Shown: positions 11,301 to 23,900 of the stretch, one piece after another
Numbering within the stretch: the stretch's first letter is position 1
How the letters are laid out: each line of letters opens with the position of its first letter
Virus record (IMG/VR): IMGVR_UViG_2716884754_000002
Location: 2,917-66,916 of that record
DNA length: 64,000 nt
From: a virus
Strand: one strand, 5' to 3'
Notes under the pieces: model-generated
Told to the model about the DNA's origin: nothing
Database searches by the model: none
The model's input: only the letters and a program-made list of their open reading frames with translations
Translations under genes and position numbers: made by a program

Positions 11301-13298
11301 AATAATTCAAATATGTCTGTTACCTTACAAGATAAAACTTTTCCAGGACCACATGGTAAACCTAAATATATTAAGGCAGATGATCCTGTTACGGGATTAG
11401 AAACTTGGGAAAATGTAGGGGGGCACGGACATCATCAAAATAGATGTAATAGTGTTTATAGGGTAGAAAGACAAGAATTTTTTAGAACTACTTTAGGGTG
11501 TGATGGTGTGGTTAATCCTGCCGCCCTTGGAACTTATATTGCTAATGGTACAGACATTGAAACTACCGACCCTGAATTAGAAGATGGTGTAGGTAGTAGT
11601 TGTGTAGGTAATAATAATTGCTCCTCAAAATGTGAAAATGGTGTTAAACCTTGTAATATATTATGTCCTTGTGGTGATATTTCTGGTGGGTATAATGATA
11701 ATAATATAAGACATGGGGTTATAAAAATGGAAAATGACACTATTTACTACGCTTCATTAATTAAAACAGGTGATAATGTATTTAATGACAAAAATTATAA
11801 AGCAAACTTATTATTCCCAACCGATATTAGTGAAATGGGTAGTTCGGTTACATGTGATATAGATGAAGTACCTTTTATAATTGGAGAGTTAGAACCTACT
11901 ACATTTGAGGTTAGTGAAGAAAATCTTTCATATAAGATAGATCAAAGTACTAACCCACAAAAGATTGAAAAAGTAGAAGATAAGGATGCAGAATTAAACT
12001 TAAGGGCATATGTTAGTTTTGGATGTACATTCGCTAATTGTGTAAATACAATGGCAACCGCAAACCAATCTCAGATAGGGGTAGAAATGTTAGATAGTAA
12101 TGACTTAGGTATGGAAATAGGTAATTGTCAAACATATTTTTTACACGATAGTGATGTAAGAGAATATTTTTGTAGAAGATTTTCTACTTATACTGACGGA
12201 AATTTAAACATTAACTATATGAGACCATCATCAAATGAATTTGATAATGTATATAATGAATATGAAAATCAAACATTAACTAGTACTATTACATTTGAAA
12301 CTGAAGATGGATTGATTGTGGATAACACATATAATGATGCAGATGAGTTTTTAACTGGTGATAGATGTGGGTTAAAGACTGATAATACACCTAATTATTT
12401 TTATGGTATTGGTGTAGGTGGTGCACAACAGTTCTTTAATGATTTTCCCACAAATTCATTTATTGATGATTTAGGTAACAACGCTAATTCTTATGGTATT
12501 AAATTCAGTACATCACAAACACCTTATTATCATTATTTTGGTATTGTACCTGGTAATACCTCATTACATAAACTAGTAACTAATTATTTTGCTGATAAGA
12601 TAGATAAAGTTACTTTACAAGGTTTAGGTGAAAATGAATTAGCCGCAGAAAACACTTATAACCAACCTAATTTTAGAAATGTAGAACAAAATAAATTTAC
12701 AATATTAAAAACTTGTTTAGGTCAAACACAAGTGGCAATGGCAACAGAGGTAGATAATAGTGGGGGAAGTACTGGTGGAGGAATTAGTAATTTCGGTGGT
12801 GGAATTGTAGCACAAACTGTAAATAATATTATTGCATCTAATTTTAATCCTGGTACCGGTGGAGTAGCACCACCACCACCGGCATATTATAACCCACAAT
12901 TAGATAATGGTACTAGTAATGGTGTAGGGTTAAACTGTTCTACAGGACTTTCACAAAAAACTGGTACAATAACAGTCACCCAAACACCATCCTTAGTTAC
13001 GGTAGAAGTAGATGGTGGAAATACGGCATTAGCTAACAATGTATCAGGTGCCTTTGGTGTTGAGATATTTAACCCTAATGGTTTTTATACTCCATCACCG
13101 CCTGAAGTTACTATAGAAGATAGTCCTAATGCTACCACACAACCTAGTGCATATAGTAACCCATTAAATGGTACTATAAATACGGGTGACTTAAAATATT
13201 ATAATATAGTATTCAATAACACAGGTACTTACGATTATACTTTAACGTATAATTGTTTAAATAGTAATCAAAACGGTTATATTGCTTTACGTACATAA
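8385..13298 (+). CDS. large Cys-rich putative virion (baseplate/tail) protein, 1637 aa
   Basis: Lies in the baseplate operon; more than 50 Cys by manual count, an internal hydrophobic segment and a beta-rich C-terminus. Confidence 0.7.
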   Translation: MSKSIRIRTTPNGDDKYIKVELKQDFDLLEILSLKIKQSDVYGNFCSGYGVVAGRVIINNGFGVPNVKVSIFIPRDSDDSLLEKLYPYTSPTPDQKNINGIRYNLLPDTQQTFDHTPVGTFPTKMSILDDKTNLELYEKYYKFTTTTNEAGDFILFGVPTGNQILHYDMDVSDIGFISARPFELVEQGYSKELFESPFKFKSSTNLDSLTQIVSQNIPVLVQPFWCDSLSTGRVIGITREDISIDSMELIPTAMFFGSVFSDDEKDSINKNCRPRKKLGKMSEVITSSGNIEAIYRTIDGDIDKYEVGQDVIDDNGNWAIQLPMNLRKVVTDEFGNLIPSPDGIKGIATEADFRFRISMDATSEDKRLRQRAKFLVPNLTGNYNFDIYDAPELTSDYPFKINEQLSTLTQNTPYSADTTNQYNYLEEFYTFRWKKVYTIKQFIGRYQSVKSDESRAFTGVKDILSGEAVNKFPTNRIDVNVNFLYTIICILLSFFAQIVGIINGILNIINGLVTAICNFKIPFGLCSTSYKGPRLKLKFKTWKGDGGSGWNSDGDKKGDYSDVLDPDTISGGDVEVSLGLNASCNDLEELLEDYPAETWQNMAPNESPNAIETSPGVNIPGRFPENFCGGSTNCSCPNGMPSSGKYCYNYGGCQPGGASVGSTGCRRWQLDNGDMEGACNAVKKGTNQTIKDNCDGLKLLGRCWQLKNKCLFAGGLCKKCDDICDSTAPKHSCCPPSYAEGCPSNDAVCGGTGDCCSKCCGKIPLIKLRCPEELNFPPLTISTIPTPFASDVCNSVYVAPGGCISCAGIETAGIRDWVACKLEKLAAILNMVKFDFYNDWVSGTLYFPLIKRKYKVKKNKKGRGQIKKDKFCDFDCRPDYQEPQTYKKYRYKIKNNTLFQNETISVNGCSVTFKASYRYVTQWYGTYGQDPVAAQAAANLAARDELVFHGVDSNLNACTLKFSDSAVSQAITNNSNMSVTLQDKTFPGPHGKPKYIKADDPVTGLETWENVGGHGHHQNRCNSVYRVERQEFFRTTLGCDGVVNPAALGTYIANGTDIETTDPELEDGVGSSCVGNNNCSSKCENGVKPCNILCPCGDISGGYNDNNIRHGVIKMENDTIYYASLIKTGDNVFNDKNYKANLLFPTDISEMGSSVTCDIDEVPFIIGELEPTTFEVSEENLSYKIDQSTNPQKIEKVEDKDAELNLRAYVSFGCTFANCVNTMATANQSQIGVEMLDSNDLGMEIGNCQTYFLHDSDVREYFCRRFSTYTDGNLNINYMRPSSNEFDNVYNEYENQTLTSTITFETEDGLIVDNTYNDADEFLTGDRCGLKTDNTPNYFYGIGVGGAQQFFNDFPTNSFIDDLGNNANSYGIKFSTSQTPYYHYFGIVPGNTSLHKLVTNYFADKIDKVTLQGLGENELAAENTYNQPNFRNVEQNKFTILKTCLGQTQVAMATEVDNSGGSTGGGISNFGGGIVAQTVNNIIASNFNPGTGGVAPPPPAYYNPQLDNGTSNGVGLNCSTGLSQKTGTITVTQTPSLVTVEVDGGNTALANNVSGAFGVEIFNPNGFYTPSPPEVTIEDSPNATTQPSAYSNPLNGTINTGDLKYYNIVFNNTGTYDYTLTYNCLNSNQNGYIALRT

Positions 13299-13316
13299 AT
13301 GAAAATAAGACAATAA

Positions 13317-13324
13317 ATATTTAT
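13317..13324 (+). promoter_or_regulatory. ATATTTAT motif
   Basis: Exact 8-mer ending 5 nt before ATG 13330. Confidence 0.55.
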
Positions 13325-13329
13325 AGTTA

Positions 13330-15330
13330 ATGGATAACAAATATAAAATATTATTAAATAAAGAAAAATCAGTTAACTCTGTAAATCAGAATTCTAATGT
13401 TCCATTAAATTTAGAAAATAAGAATAGATTATTACCGTTAAGTGATGAACAAAGTGTTATTGATAGTTACGAACAATTCGAAAAAGAAAGAAAAGAATGT
13501 ACTACATATAGATTCTATGGGGTAATAAATACGGTGGCTAGTAATTGTTTATATAATGAAAATGTTAATATAGTAACAATTAATAATAATTCTTCGGGAC
13601 GTACAGTACCTTCTCATAGTATATTTGTTAATGATGGTTGGTATGGGTATTATGATGATGTAGATTTATCCACACCCCAAATGCAAAATGATAATGAGTC
13701 TTCTTTATGTCAGTTTAAAACATTTGATCCTGGGTTTGATAGATTATTAGGATTAGATAGTGATGGAAAACAAAATTATTTATATAAAATCACATACCCT
13801 TTTGAAATAAGGGATATTAATTTAGTAGTAAACAAACAAGGGGTATCACTAAAAGATGGTATACAAGTAATAGAAAAAGGTGTTGTAACAATTAATAATA
13901 GAAACTATGTTTATTTCAAAACACCTATAAATCATGGACTTTCTGAAGATGATGAAGTTAAACTTTTAAATTTTACTGATAATCAAAATGGAGGATTGTA
14001 CTTAAATAAGAGAACTTTTAATGTTGTTAAATTAGGTAATCAAAATAATAATTTAACAGAAAGAATATTTGTGTTAGACATTAATCCTGTAGATATAGAT
14101 ATAGATTTAGGTGTGTCTACTATTAAAAGAGTAGTTGCTGGTATAGAATCAGAATATTATGTTAGAAGATTAAAATGTTTAACAACAGAAGAAAAAGAAT
14201 ATGATATTTATCCTGCCGCTTATGGAGTTAATTATTTTGATGATGGACAAGCAAGTTTTTATTTTAAGAATGATATTGACATAGATGGTTTAAGAGATAA
14301 TTTAGGTAGACCACTTAGCGAACTATTTTTAACTATAGTAAAAAATGATAATGATACACCACTAACAGATTCTAAAAATAGATATTGGATAGATCAACAA
14401 AAGACATTACCGCCAGAAATAAAAAATAGATTTTGGATGCCGATAGTTGGTGGGTATGAAACAGAGAAAAATGTAAATGTTAATTACAATATTAGGGCAG
14501 TAGGTGCAAATTATCCTGGGGGTAACCCTAATTACCCACAAGTGTATTTTGATAATATTGATGAAAGTGACTTAACTTTTGATAACGATATAGTAGAATA
14601 TAATGAATACGAATTAACAGAAAGAACTTTAGAGTTTATATATCATAGGATTAATACTGTATATAGAGATAATTTAAATACCATTGATAACACTAAACCA
14701 GATAAAAGAGAAGGGTATATCTATAATCCTCACCAATTAATCACTATAAGAGAATTTTCAGAATATATTGAAGAAGGTGATTCGCAAAATACTTTTAATA
14801 TACCAGATTATGCACAGTTAAAATATTCTGCAACATCTGTTAGTAATATTGTAGATGCGGGGGTTATTAAAAAATTTTCCACAATACCGCTAAGTAGTAA
14901 TTCTAAAATCTATAGGTGGAGAGATTTATTAGATATTGGGTTTGTGGATGGAAATGGTGTTGGTGTAGAGTACCCATTTGAAAGTGGGGCACATTATATA
15001 TATTTAAATAATAGTTTTTATTTATTTAGACAAGATCCACCGTGTGAAATCGATTTAACGGAAAAAAGTGTAACATTACCTCAAGATAGAGATTTATTTA
15101 TTAATTACACTAGTGAACCTACTTTTTACAATTATGAGGTAGAAAATGTAATTGGTATTTTAGGTACTAATGCACCGGTAGATTTATTAGACACTAGTAT
15201 ATCACCAACTAATGTAGATATAAAATTTATCACCTATAGTGGGGAATATAATTTAGGGGAAAGAGATACACCAGGTGGGTGTGTTGACTATTCATTATTA
15301 GAAGAAAAAACCATAACTAATGTCTGTTAA
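13330..15330 (+). CDS. putative virion structural protein
   Basis: 666-aa Asn/Tyr-rich ORF in the tail module. Confidence 0.65.
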   Translation: MDNKYKILLNKEKSVNSVNQNSNVPLNLENKNRLLPLSDEQSVIDSYEQFEKERKECTTYRFYGVINTVASNCLYNENVNIVTINNNSSGRTVPSHSIFVNDGWYGYYDDVDLSTPQMQNDNESSLCQFKTFDPGFDRLLGLDSDGKQNYLYKITYPFEIRDINLVVNKQGVSLKDGIQVIEKGVVTINNRNYVYFKTPINHGLSEDDEVKLLNFTDNQNGGLYLNKRTFNVVKLGNQNNNLTERIFVLDINPVDIDIDLGVSTIKRVVAGIESEYYVRRLKCLTTEEKEYDIYPAAYGVNYFDDGQASFYFKNDIDIDGLRDNLGRPLSELFLTIVKNDNDTPLTDSKNRYWIDQQKTLPPEIKNRFWMPIVGGYETEKNVNVNYNIRAVGANYPGGNPNYPQVYFDNIDESDLTFDNDIVEYNEYELTERTLEFIYHRINTVYRDNLNTIDNTKPDKREGYIYNPHQLITIREFSEYIEEGDSQNTFNIPDYAQLKYSATSVSNIVDAGVIKKFSTIPLSSNSKIYRWRDLLDIGFVDGNGVGVEYPFESGAHYIYLNNSFYLFRQDPPCEIDLTEKSVTLPQDRDLFINYTSEPTFYNYEVENVIGILGTNAPVDLLDTSISPTNVDIKFITYSGEYNLGERDTPGGCVDYSLLEEKTITNVC

Positions 15331-16219
15331 TAAAATTAAAATACCACTTAAAGATATTAATATATCGGGATCTTCAATTAACATTAATGTTAATTTAGAT
15401 TTTACGCCTATTGATAATACTGAATTAATAGAAACTAAATTAATTGATGATGAAAGAGAAAAGAGTATTAACCCAATTATAGACTATAAGAAAATTAGGT
15501 TTTTTCCTGCAGACAATAATTGGAATATTATAAGGAAATTTAAAATTAATTTAAATTTCTTTACATTTAAAAATACAGATTATTTTTATAGTAATGCTCC
15601 GAGTTATAATGGTGCTTCTGCGTATGGTGATTTAGGATTTTCTTTTGACGATATCTTTTGTAGGGCAGATAGGGTTATGAATAGTTATTTAACTTTTAAT
15701 TATTATGATTCTGATGAATTACCTAATAATTTAATAGGTAGTACTAATATCTTCACCCAAATATTAAACGATCAAAAAAACGAATACGGATTTGTTTTAC
15801 CGATTAATGAATGTCCTGTTAGTTTTATTTTAGGGGATTCTACTTTAGAACCAGAAACAGTACATGAAGGATATTATATATATTGGTTTAAAGATTTAGT
15901 AGATAATGCGCCGAATCAAGAATATGTAATGTATTTAGAAGTTACATATCAAAATGCGGGAAATGGTTTAACTACTCTACATTATGGTAGAAAAACAGTT
16001 AATTATAATACTTTAAATTTAACACAAATTAATCAAAATAGATTTTTAAAAATTGTTTTGAAAAATGATAATGGGATATATAAGTATAGATTTGAACCCA
16101 ATTCTCAACAAACTGCATTTAATGGTGGGCCGGGTGGAATAAATTTAAATCCCCAAAGTAACATATCAGATTTGCCTTATTTAACATTTTGGCAAATTCA
16201 ACCAAATAAAGGAAACTAA
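15320..16219 (+). CDS. putative virion structural protein
   Basis: 299-aa ORF overlapping the upstream gene by 11 nt, in the tail module. Confidence 0.6.
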   Translation: MSVNKIKIPLKDINISGSSININVNLDFTPIDNTELIETKLIDDEREKSINPIIDYKKIRFFPADNNWNIIRKFKINLNFFTFKNTDYFYSNAPSYNGASAYGDLGFSFDDIFCRADRVMNSYLTFNYYDSDELPNNLIGSTNIFTQILNDQKNEYGFVLPINECPVSFILGDSTLEPETVHEGYYIYWFKDLVDNAPNQEYVMYLEVTYQNAGNGLTTLHYGRKTVNYNTLNLTQINQNRFLKIVLKNDNGIYKYRFEPNSQQTAFNGGPGGINLNPQSNISDLPYLTFWQIQPNKGN

Positions 16220-16227
16220 ACGTAGAG

Positions 16228-16989
16228 ATGAAGGTAAAAAGAAATATAGAAAATTATAAATCTAGGTTAGATAACTACACTTATGGGGCAATTACTGCAG
16301 ACACAGTGGATATAAATGTTTTTTTAACCCAAACTATGGACGATCAAGGAATATTTACAGATTACCCTTTTAAACCATTATTACCTTATCTTACACAAAA
16401 ACCAAATGATTTAGGCACATTTAATTCATTTGTTTATGGTAGATTTCCTGCTGCGCCATTAGCCTTTTACATTAATCCACCAATTAGGGTTGAGGGGAGT
16501 AGTGATGATTCTAAGTTACCTGACGTATCCTCCTATAGAGTAGATCCACTAACAGGTGAACCTATATTTGTAACTAATTTAGATATGACAGGAAATGCAG
16601 ATTTAATATTTACAGGTGCTCTTTCTCAAAATAGTCAAAGTGTTACTTATGTTTTAAACGCTAATAGTAACAATATTACGACTACAGGTGTTCATTTTAT
16701 TACTTTTTTAAATGAGTATGAAAATAAAGAAGATGAAAGTGGTAATTTAGTAAGATATAGAAAAACAGATTTTTATAGTGATGTTAATAGTGTAACTGAG
16801 GAAACAGTAACACTTTCTGCATTAACTAAACAAGAAGAATATTTTGGTTTAGTATTTAAACCAGAAGTTGATAGTGAAGTATTTATAGATAGAGGTGTGG
16901 CAGATATTTTTGAAAGACATGCTTTGTTAGGTGAAATAAAGACAACTAATGATATAGATAATAATAGAAATGGGTTTTTAAGAACCTAA
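16228..16989 (+). CDS. putative virion structural protein
   Basis: 253-aa ORF in the tail module. Confidence 0.6.
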   Translation: MKVKRNIENYKSRLDNYTYGAITADTVDINVFLTQTMDDQGIFTDYPFKPLLPYLTQKPNDLGTFNSFVYGRFPAAPLAFYINPPIRVEGSSDDSKLPDVSSYRVDPLTGEPIFVTNLDMTGNADLIFTGALSQNSQSVTYVLNANSNNITTTGVHFITFLNEYENKEDESGNLVRYRKTDFYSDVNSVTEETVTLSALTKQEEYFGLVFKPEVDSEVFIDRGVADIFERHALLGEIKTTNDIDNNRNGFLRT

Positions 16990-17002
16990 AAAAAAGATAA
17001 TT

Positions 17003-17917
17003 ATGGCAACAGGAAATTATGGAACAGTAAGACCAGCAGATGTAGCGGTAGAGGATATAGAGATATTATACTCTTATAGTCCTAATAGGGGGAGTAATTC
17101 AGCACAAACAGTTTTGACAGAATTAGACCCAACACAGGTTTTAGTACCTGCAAATAACCCCAATAATAATAAAGAAATTTTAGGGGGAATGTATACTTTA
17201 AAATTACCATCAAATGAGTTTACTGCTAAAGGATTTTATAATATTATTATTAGACCAAAACAAATTAGAACTTCTATTGTTGCGTGTGGTACGTTAGCTA
17301 GTAGTCCTGATATCATAGGTATGGTAATAAATTTAAATGATTCTAATATAGACAATGCCGATAAAGTTAAATTAGAAAATGGAAATTTAGTAGGGTATAG
17401 AGTAGAGTATTTAACTACTAACACAAATGCTGAACAAGATAAAATACAAAATTTATTTAGGGTAGTGACATCCAATAATAGAGTACTTGCAGTATCGGAA
17501 AACTTAAGTAATTCATCTGATCAAGTATTATCATATTCTTTTGATGATAGTTCTTCATTAGTTTTCTGTACATTAACTCCGTCTTCTGCACCATCTATCA
17601 AACCAAATGTTTTACCATTTATTGGAGAACCGGGTCAAGATATTATTATAACTAATACATTTTTTAATCCTATAATGTTAGAAGTGGAAATGGTAGAGTA
17701 TGATGATGAAACTTTAGCATATGCACTATATGGAAATCAAACAAAATCTTTAGAAGACGGTATTTATACAATATACAACTTTGACAATGAAATTTATAAA
17801 CAATATACCTTATTTGAAGTTAAAGATCAGTTTACTGGTAAACCTCTTTATGAGGTTAGAGAAGAACTTAGTTCACCTGACTTTACAAAAGAATTTGATG
17901 ACATTACAGACTTTTAG
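17003..17917 (+). CDS. putative virion structural protein
   Basis: 304-aa beta-rich ORF in the tail module. Confidence 0.6.
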   Translation: MATGNYGTVRPADVAVEDIEILYSYSPNRGSNSAQTVLTELDPTQVLVPANNPNNNKEILGGMYTLKLPSNEFTAKGFYNIIIRPKQIRTSIVACGTLASSPDIIGMVINLNDSNIDNADKVKLENGNLVGYRVEYLTTNTNAEQDKIQNLFRVVTSNNRVLAVSENLSNSSDQVLSYSFDDSSSLVFCTLTPSSAPSIKPNVLPFIGEPGQDIIITNTFFNPIMLEVEMVEYDDETLAYALYGNQTKSLEDGIYTIYNFDNEIYKQYTLFEVKDQFTGKPLYEVREELSSPDFTKEFDDITDF

Positions 17918-17927
17918 GATTAATTAG

Positions 17928-20900
17928 ATGCCACAACAAAATCAAAATAACACCAATAATAATAATAATAGAAAAGTTATTAAAGTAGCGGGCTATGCGA
18001 AAAGAAAATTTTTCGATGGTGGTATTGAATATAGAGATTTTAGTGATGATTTAGTTGGTTTACAATTAACTGATGATGGTGGTTCATCGTTATTTACGAT
18101 GGGTAACTTTAAAGTTACTACTAATTTATCCCCTAAATTAAATAAAACGTATAATCAGGGTACATATTCTGATTTTTATGATTTAGATAGTTTGGATGAT
18201 AAACAATTTGGTGCGGTAAAAGTACAAAAAAACCAAAAAGCGGGATTAAATTTAGATATAACAAATCCTTTAAGTTATATTTTATATGGTTCTTCCGAAG
18301 AAAAAATTAGAGTTTCATTGGAATATATACAAGAATATTTTCCAGCCGCAATTTATGTAGATAACAAAATAGGTGCAATAACGGGTAATAATATCACAGA
18401 TTATGTCTATGATAATTTAAATGATGAGACTAGTTTTACTGTTAGTACTAATTATTTTACCAATCCTTTTGGTATAAATTATACATTATCTTATAATCTA
18501 GTACCTGAGGATCAGATACCCAATCCACTAAGAAATTTAACAGTTAATTACAATCAGTATGTTATAGAACATAATGGAATAAGTAAAAAGATAAAATCTT
18601 TTAGTGGTTCTACTACTAAAACTAATGCAACATTAAAATTTGTTGTAGAAGGAAATCCCTTTCCTGAAATAACAGGATTAAATTTTTCACAATTTACTTT
18701 TTTAAATCCTACTTATAATGCATCTATTCCATTTTTTGTAAAACCAAATGAATTAAAGTGTGAAGAATTTTTCAGTGGTTTGAATGACTTAGAAAAAAAC
18801 TTATTGAATAGAGATGTATACCCTATTTATACGGCAACTTTTAGTCTACCAAAAGAAACCACTCAGGGGGTTATAGTTTATAGTGATGAAAAGATAACTT
18901 TTCCTGTTTTAACAGATGGATACAATCTTAACTTTTTTGATGGGATATATATTACTTATTTAGATGAAATCACTTCTATTGGTGAAACTTTAGATAAGTT
19001 TAAAACTGATATTATAAAGAGAAAATATACTGCAGAAGTTATAACAGGATTTGATACTATCCCTAGGGGTGATGGTGGAGAAGATATGGTGATAGATGGT
19101 GCAAAAGCAACTAAATTACTTAGAATTTATGGGGTTGAGTTTGATGAAGTTAAAAAATATATTGACGGTATTAAATTTGCACATGTTGTTACTTATGATA
19201 AGAAAAATAACACACCTGATTCATTAGTAAAAGATTTAGCTAATATGTTAGGGTTTAGTAAATTTGATTTCTTAACTAACCCAAACATTTTAAATAATGT
19301 ATTACCGAGTAATGGTAAAGGATTATTTAGTGGTACATCTACACCACTTAGTTTAGAACAAATAGATATTGAGTTATACAGAAGATTAATATTAAATGTT
19401 GCTTGGTTATGGAAAAGTAAAGGTACACGTAAAGCAATAGAATTCTTATTTAGATTTATTGGTGCACCAGAATCTTTAGTAAACTTTAATGAACATATTG
19501 TAATTGCAGATAAACCCGTAAATATACCACATTTAAAAAGTTTATTATATTTGTATACGGGTAGTTCTAATTTGAAAGATTTACCATTCGATGATGATGG
19601 TTACCCCTTACCAATACCCAACGGTGGATTAGTATTAGTTGGTTTTGATAACACTACTACACCACCATCACCAATATATGAAACTAATTGGTTTCAAAAA
19701 TCTGGTGGGTGGTATAGAGAAACTGGTGGTTTAAACCCACCTATTGATATAACTGAGGATAATAATCCACACGCGGGTGTATATGATGGTGGTGCATTTT
19801 ATTTAGAACAATTTTTAACCTGTCCATTTCCAAATGAGATAGTTAGTAAGTTTATTACTTTAACAGGTAATACACTTTATGAGAACCAATTTATAAATTA
19901 TAATGATGGGTTTATAAATGGTACAATGGATAATGATATATTATATATTACTCCAGTATCTTCAGTTAATAATCAAATAATAACCGAAGGTATTGATATT
20001 GATTTTACTGTGGTATCTTCACCAGCAACTTCAGGAGGAACTACTATTTTTGAACAATTATGTACTGAAGCACTCGAAGAATATAATGAATGGGTAGAAC
20101 TAATTAAAGAAAATTGTGAATTGATTTACTCACCCGAATGGTTTAGAGTACAACAAAATTATATTGTTGCGAAAAATAATTTAAATAGAGAACAAAGTAG
20201 TAGGGGAACAGGTATTAATGAAGCATTAGAAATATGTATAAATGTTGATTGTGAAAATATTGAAGTTATAGAAAACCCTTGTGATCATTATGAGATGATT
20301 AATGAAGATGGGTTTATATATTTTGTTAATGAAAATGGTAAAAAGGTATTTTTTGAGGAATTTCCTCAATGTTGTGTTTCGGCAGGTGGAGAATATTATA
20401 CATATGTAAACCAAAAAAATCAAAAAGCATTCTTTTGTGCTAGCGAATCCCCTTGTATAGGAAATCCTATTAGTAGTAATGGAGAAGCAATTTTATTTGA
20501 AGTAGAGGGAGTTAATGCAGTTCCCGATAATATTATTTCAATAACTACCCCGAATAATGATAGACCCACAAACGATGCTAGACGCACCACAGAAAATGAG
20601 TTATGTAAAGAAAATAGTGGTAGTAATACACTTAATGGGTGTTTCCAATTAACCGAACAAGGAGAATATTACTTTGGTTTTAAAACTAAACCTAATGAAG
20701 AAGATTTTAGTACTAAAATTAGTCCTAGAGAAGCACCTTTTGTTGTATATGATAAAAATAATAATCCTGTAGGGTATATCCCACAAGTTCCTGGTATGAC
20801 TTTATTTACGGAAGGAATTGTTGCGATTAATTATGTTAAAAGTAATGGTGGTATTGTTTATCCATCTTATCAGTCATCGTTTGGAAACAATTCCGAATCA

Positions 20901-23900
20901 AGTGATCCACAACAAGCCTTAGATAAATATGTGAATAACATACGACAAGGTGGTGAAGTACCTTCAGACTTTTATAAATATTTTACATCAGTTGATTGTG
21001 ATAAGAAAAATACTACTTATGAATCTAGTATAGAATGTTGTACATATCATGGATTCGATCATTATTATGTGAATATCACTGACCCAACGGATGGGTCGGT
21101 TAGACAAGTTGTTTATTGTAGACCTAAAGATACTTCAGCAACTGGTGATCTTACACAACCCTCTACACCTGGTTTAGGGGATATATTAGACCCAGGAAAA
21201 GAAATAGATAAAGAAATAGAAGTAATAGAAAGAGAAAAAGAAGTAATAAATAAAAAAATAAGTGAAGAACCTTCTTTATCAAGTAAACAAAAAACCGAAT
21301 TAACTACACAAAAATTAACTTTAGAACAACGTACACTAGATTTAAATTCGCAAAAACAAAAAATGGAAGTGTCAAATCGTAAAACTATGACACCTGCCAA
21401 TGAAAAAGGGTTTAATAAATACGTAGAAGGAAGTAACCTCAATGCAGTTAAAACAGAAGGTGATCAATTAGTAGTAGGGAAAGACCCTAAAGGTGTATAT
21501 ACACAGGGAGTTGACTCTACAAAACCAAATAACCCAACCACTGATTTTGGTTCACCATTTAGTAATCCAGACTTAATGGATAGTATTAATTGGGAAGTTG
21601 CTTCAGTAGATCAATATGGTAGAATAACATTTATACCTATAGATCGTAATTATGATGATGTCTTAAGTTGGGAATTATTGGCAGGAGAAGGTGCTGATTT
21701 ATACAAAGAATGTTGTTTATTACAAGGTTATACTTTTGGAGAATTCCAAATTAACCCACAAACAAATGAGTTAATACCCTATAACGGACAACCTAATGAA
21801 TATACTAATGGTAGTACTTTTTATGCTTGTGTAGATAATACAACCTTACCTTGTACCGAACTTAAAGATGTAAAATTAGTTTTTGGTAGTAATGGTAATA
21901 ATGGTTTCTTTTTACCGGAAAATACAGAAAGTAATGAGGTAACCATTAAGTTTGATTATATGATTAAATATAATGCAGAAGAATTAATTAATTGTGCAAA
22001 TATAGAAGTATGTAAAATACCATTAGATTTATATAATAATAGTATCTATAACTTAGATTGTAGAAACTTTATCGTCTTTACTCAAACCGAAGATAATAAG
22101 AATATTTTAAAAGATAATATAAACTATATTGATTCTGACGTATTTGCACAGAATGATTTTAGTTTAAATTCACCCAATGTAGGGGATTTAGTTGTAAGTG
22201 AATTAGATGGTATACCTAATTTAATACCTTATTGGTCAACACAAAACTTACAAGTATGGCAAACTCCTGGTTTACAACAACAAATAGATGTAGAGGGAGA
22301 CTGTTGTAAAGCATTTGGTGGTAATTTATTACCAATAGAACAATGGGGTCCGGTAAACGAAGATAATGTTTATAATATTAGACGTGAGTTTAATATTGCA
22401 ATCAAAGCAATTTCTAATAATACACGACAACCAGAATGGGTAACACCTGAAATGTATTCTAATTTTAAATTAATCAACGATAACTTAAATAAGGTTAATA
22501 AAATTATAGAAGAAGGTTGTTTAAACTATACTCTATTTACGGAAGATAATTTCTGTGATGATTTTGAAAGATTAATAACAACTGAAAAGGTATGTGCGTT
22601 ACTAACACCATTAGAATTAGGGGTTAATAGTGAAATGCTAAAAGAGTATTGGAAACTAATAAACCAACTTTTATTAATGCAAAAAGAACTAGAAATCTGT
22701 GTTGAAAGAAAAGAAGGTTTAAGTAAGATTATTGAAGAGGTAGATAAAGAAATGGTTTTAGTAGAAGTAGAAAAAGAAACTAAAAGAGGAGATTATAGAA
22801 AAACAGAAACTAATTTAGAAAATGACCTACTAACTAAACAAAGAGAAATTTTAGAAATTGATGATACATTAACTAACTTAAGAAACCAAAATACGGCAAT
22901 TGATGTAGTTAAACAAGATAATTTACCTAAATTAGATTGTAACTTATACCAACAACAGATTAAAGAGGCACAATCATTTAATGTTGAGGAATTTTGTAGA
23001 AATCAACCACAACCTACTACAGATAATCCAGATGAGATTTTATCTGCATTTAATACATGTGTAAATCAAAAAAGATTTGAGATAGAACAAGAAGTAAAAA
23101 AATATCAACGATTATTTGAAAGTTGTGTTAATAGTAATGTTTATAGTGAAGAAATAACTAGGGCTAGAGTTAATAATGATACTATAACTGAAGAAAGATT
23201 TACAGAAGAGTATAATACTACATTAAAACAAATAGATGAATTACAAGCAACAATTTATTGTGAAGATATTAGTGAGTTAAATGAATCTCTTAGAACAAAT
23301 AAGGAACAAGAAAATAATATTGAAAAAAATGTAGATGTTGTTGCAAATATTTTAGGTGTTGAACCAACTACTATTAGAAATGGTAATACAACTGATTTAA
23401 CTACCGAACAAAAAGTTGAGGTGACTAGAGTTGCTAATGTGAATAAAACAACAGAAAATAAATTATTAATACAAAAAGAAGAAAAGGAACAAGAATTAAG
23501 AAGTTTAGAAACTTTTAAAACACAAGTACGAAATGAATTTAAAGAACAAGAAAGAGAATTAGATGAAAACCTAACCAATATAAATAACATTAAAGAAAAT
23601 ATTGTTACAGAAAATAATAATACGGTAGGTAGGGATTGTTGTAAAGAAACTTTAAATGTTGTACGTAAATTAGTTAGTAATATTAAAAAATATAGAAATA
23701 ATTTATATTATGAAACCGAAGCACTATATCAAGGGTGGTATTTACAAAGATTTGAAGAATATAAATTATTCGTCAATGAGAAGATGGCAACTGCTTTTGA
23801 ATATATGGATGAATTAAACCTTAATTTTAATATTGAAGTGGATAACACTTCTGTGGGTAGTCAACCACCTAATCAAATATCTTCTAATCTAACTACTTTA

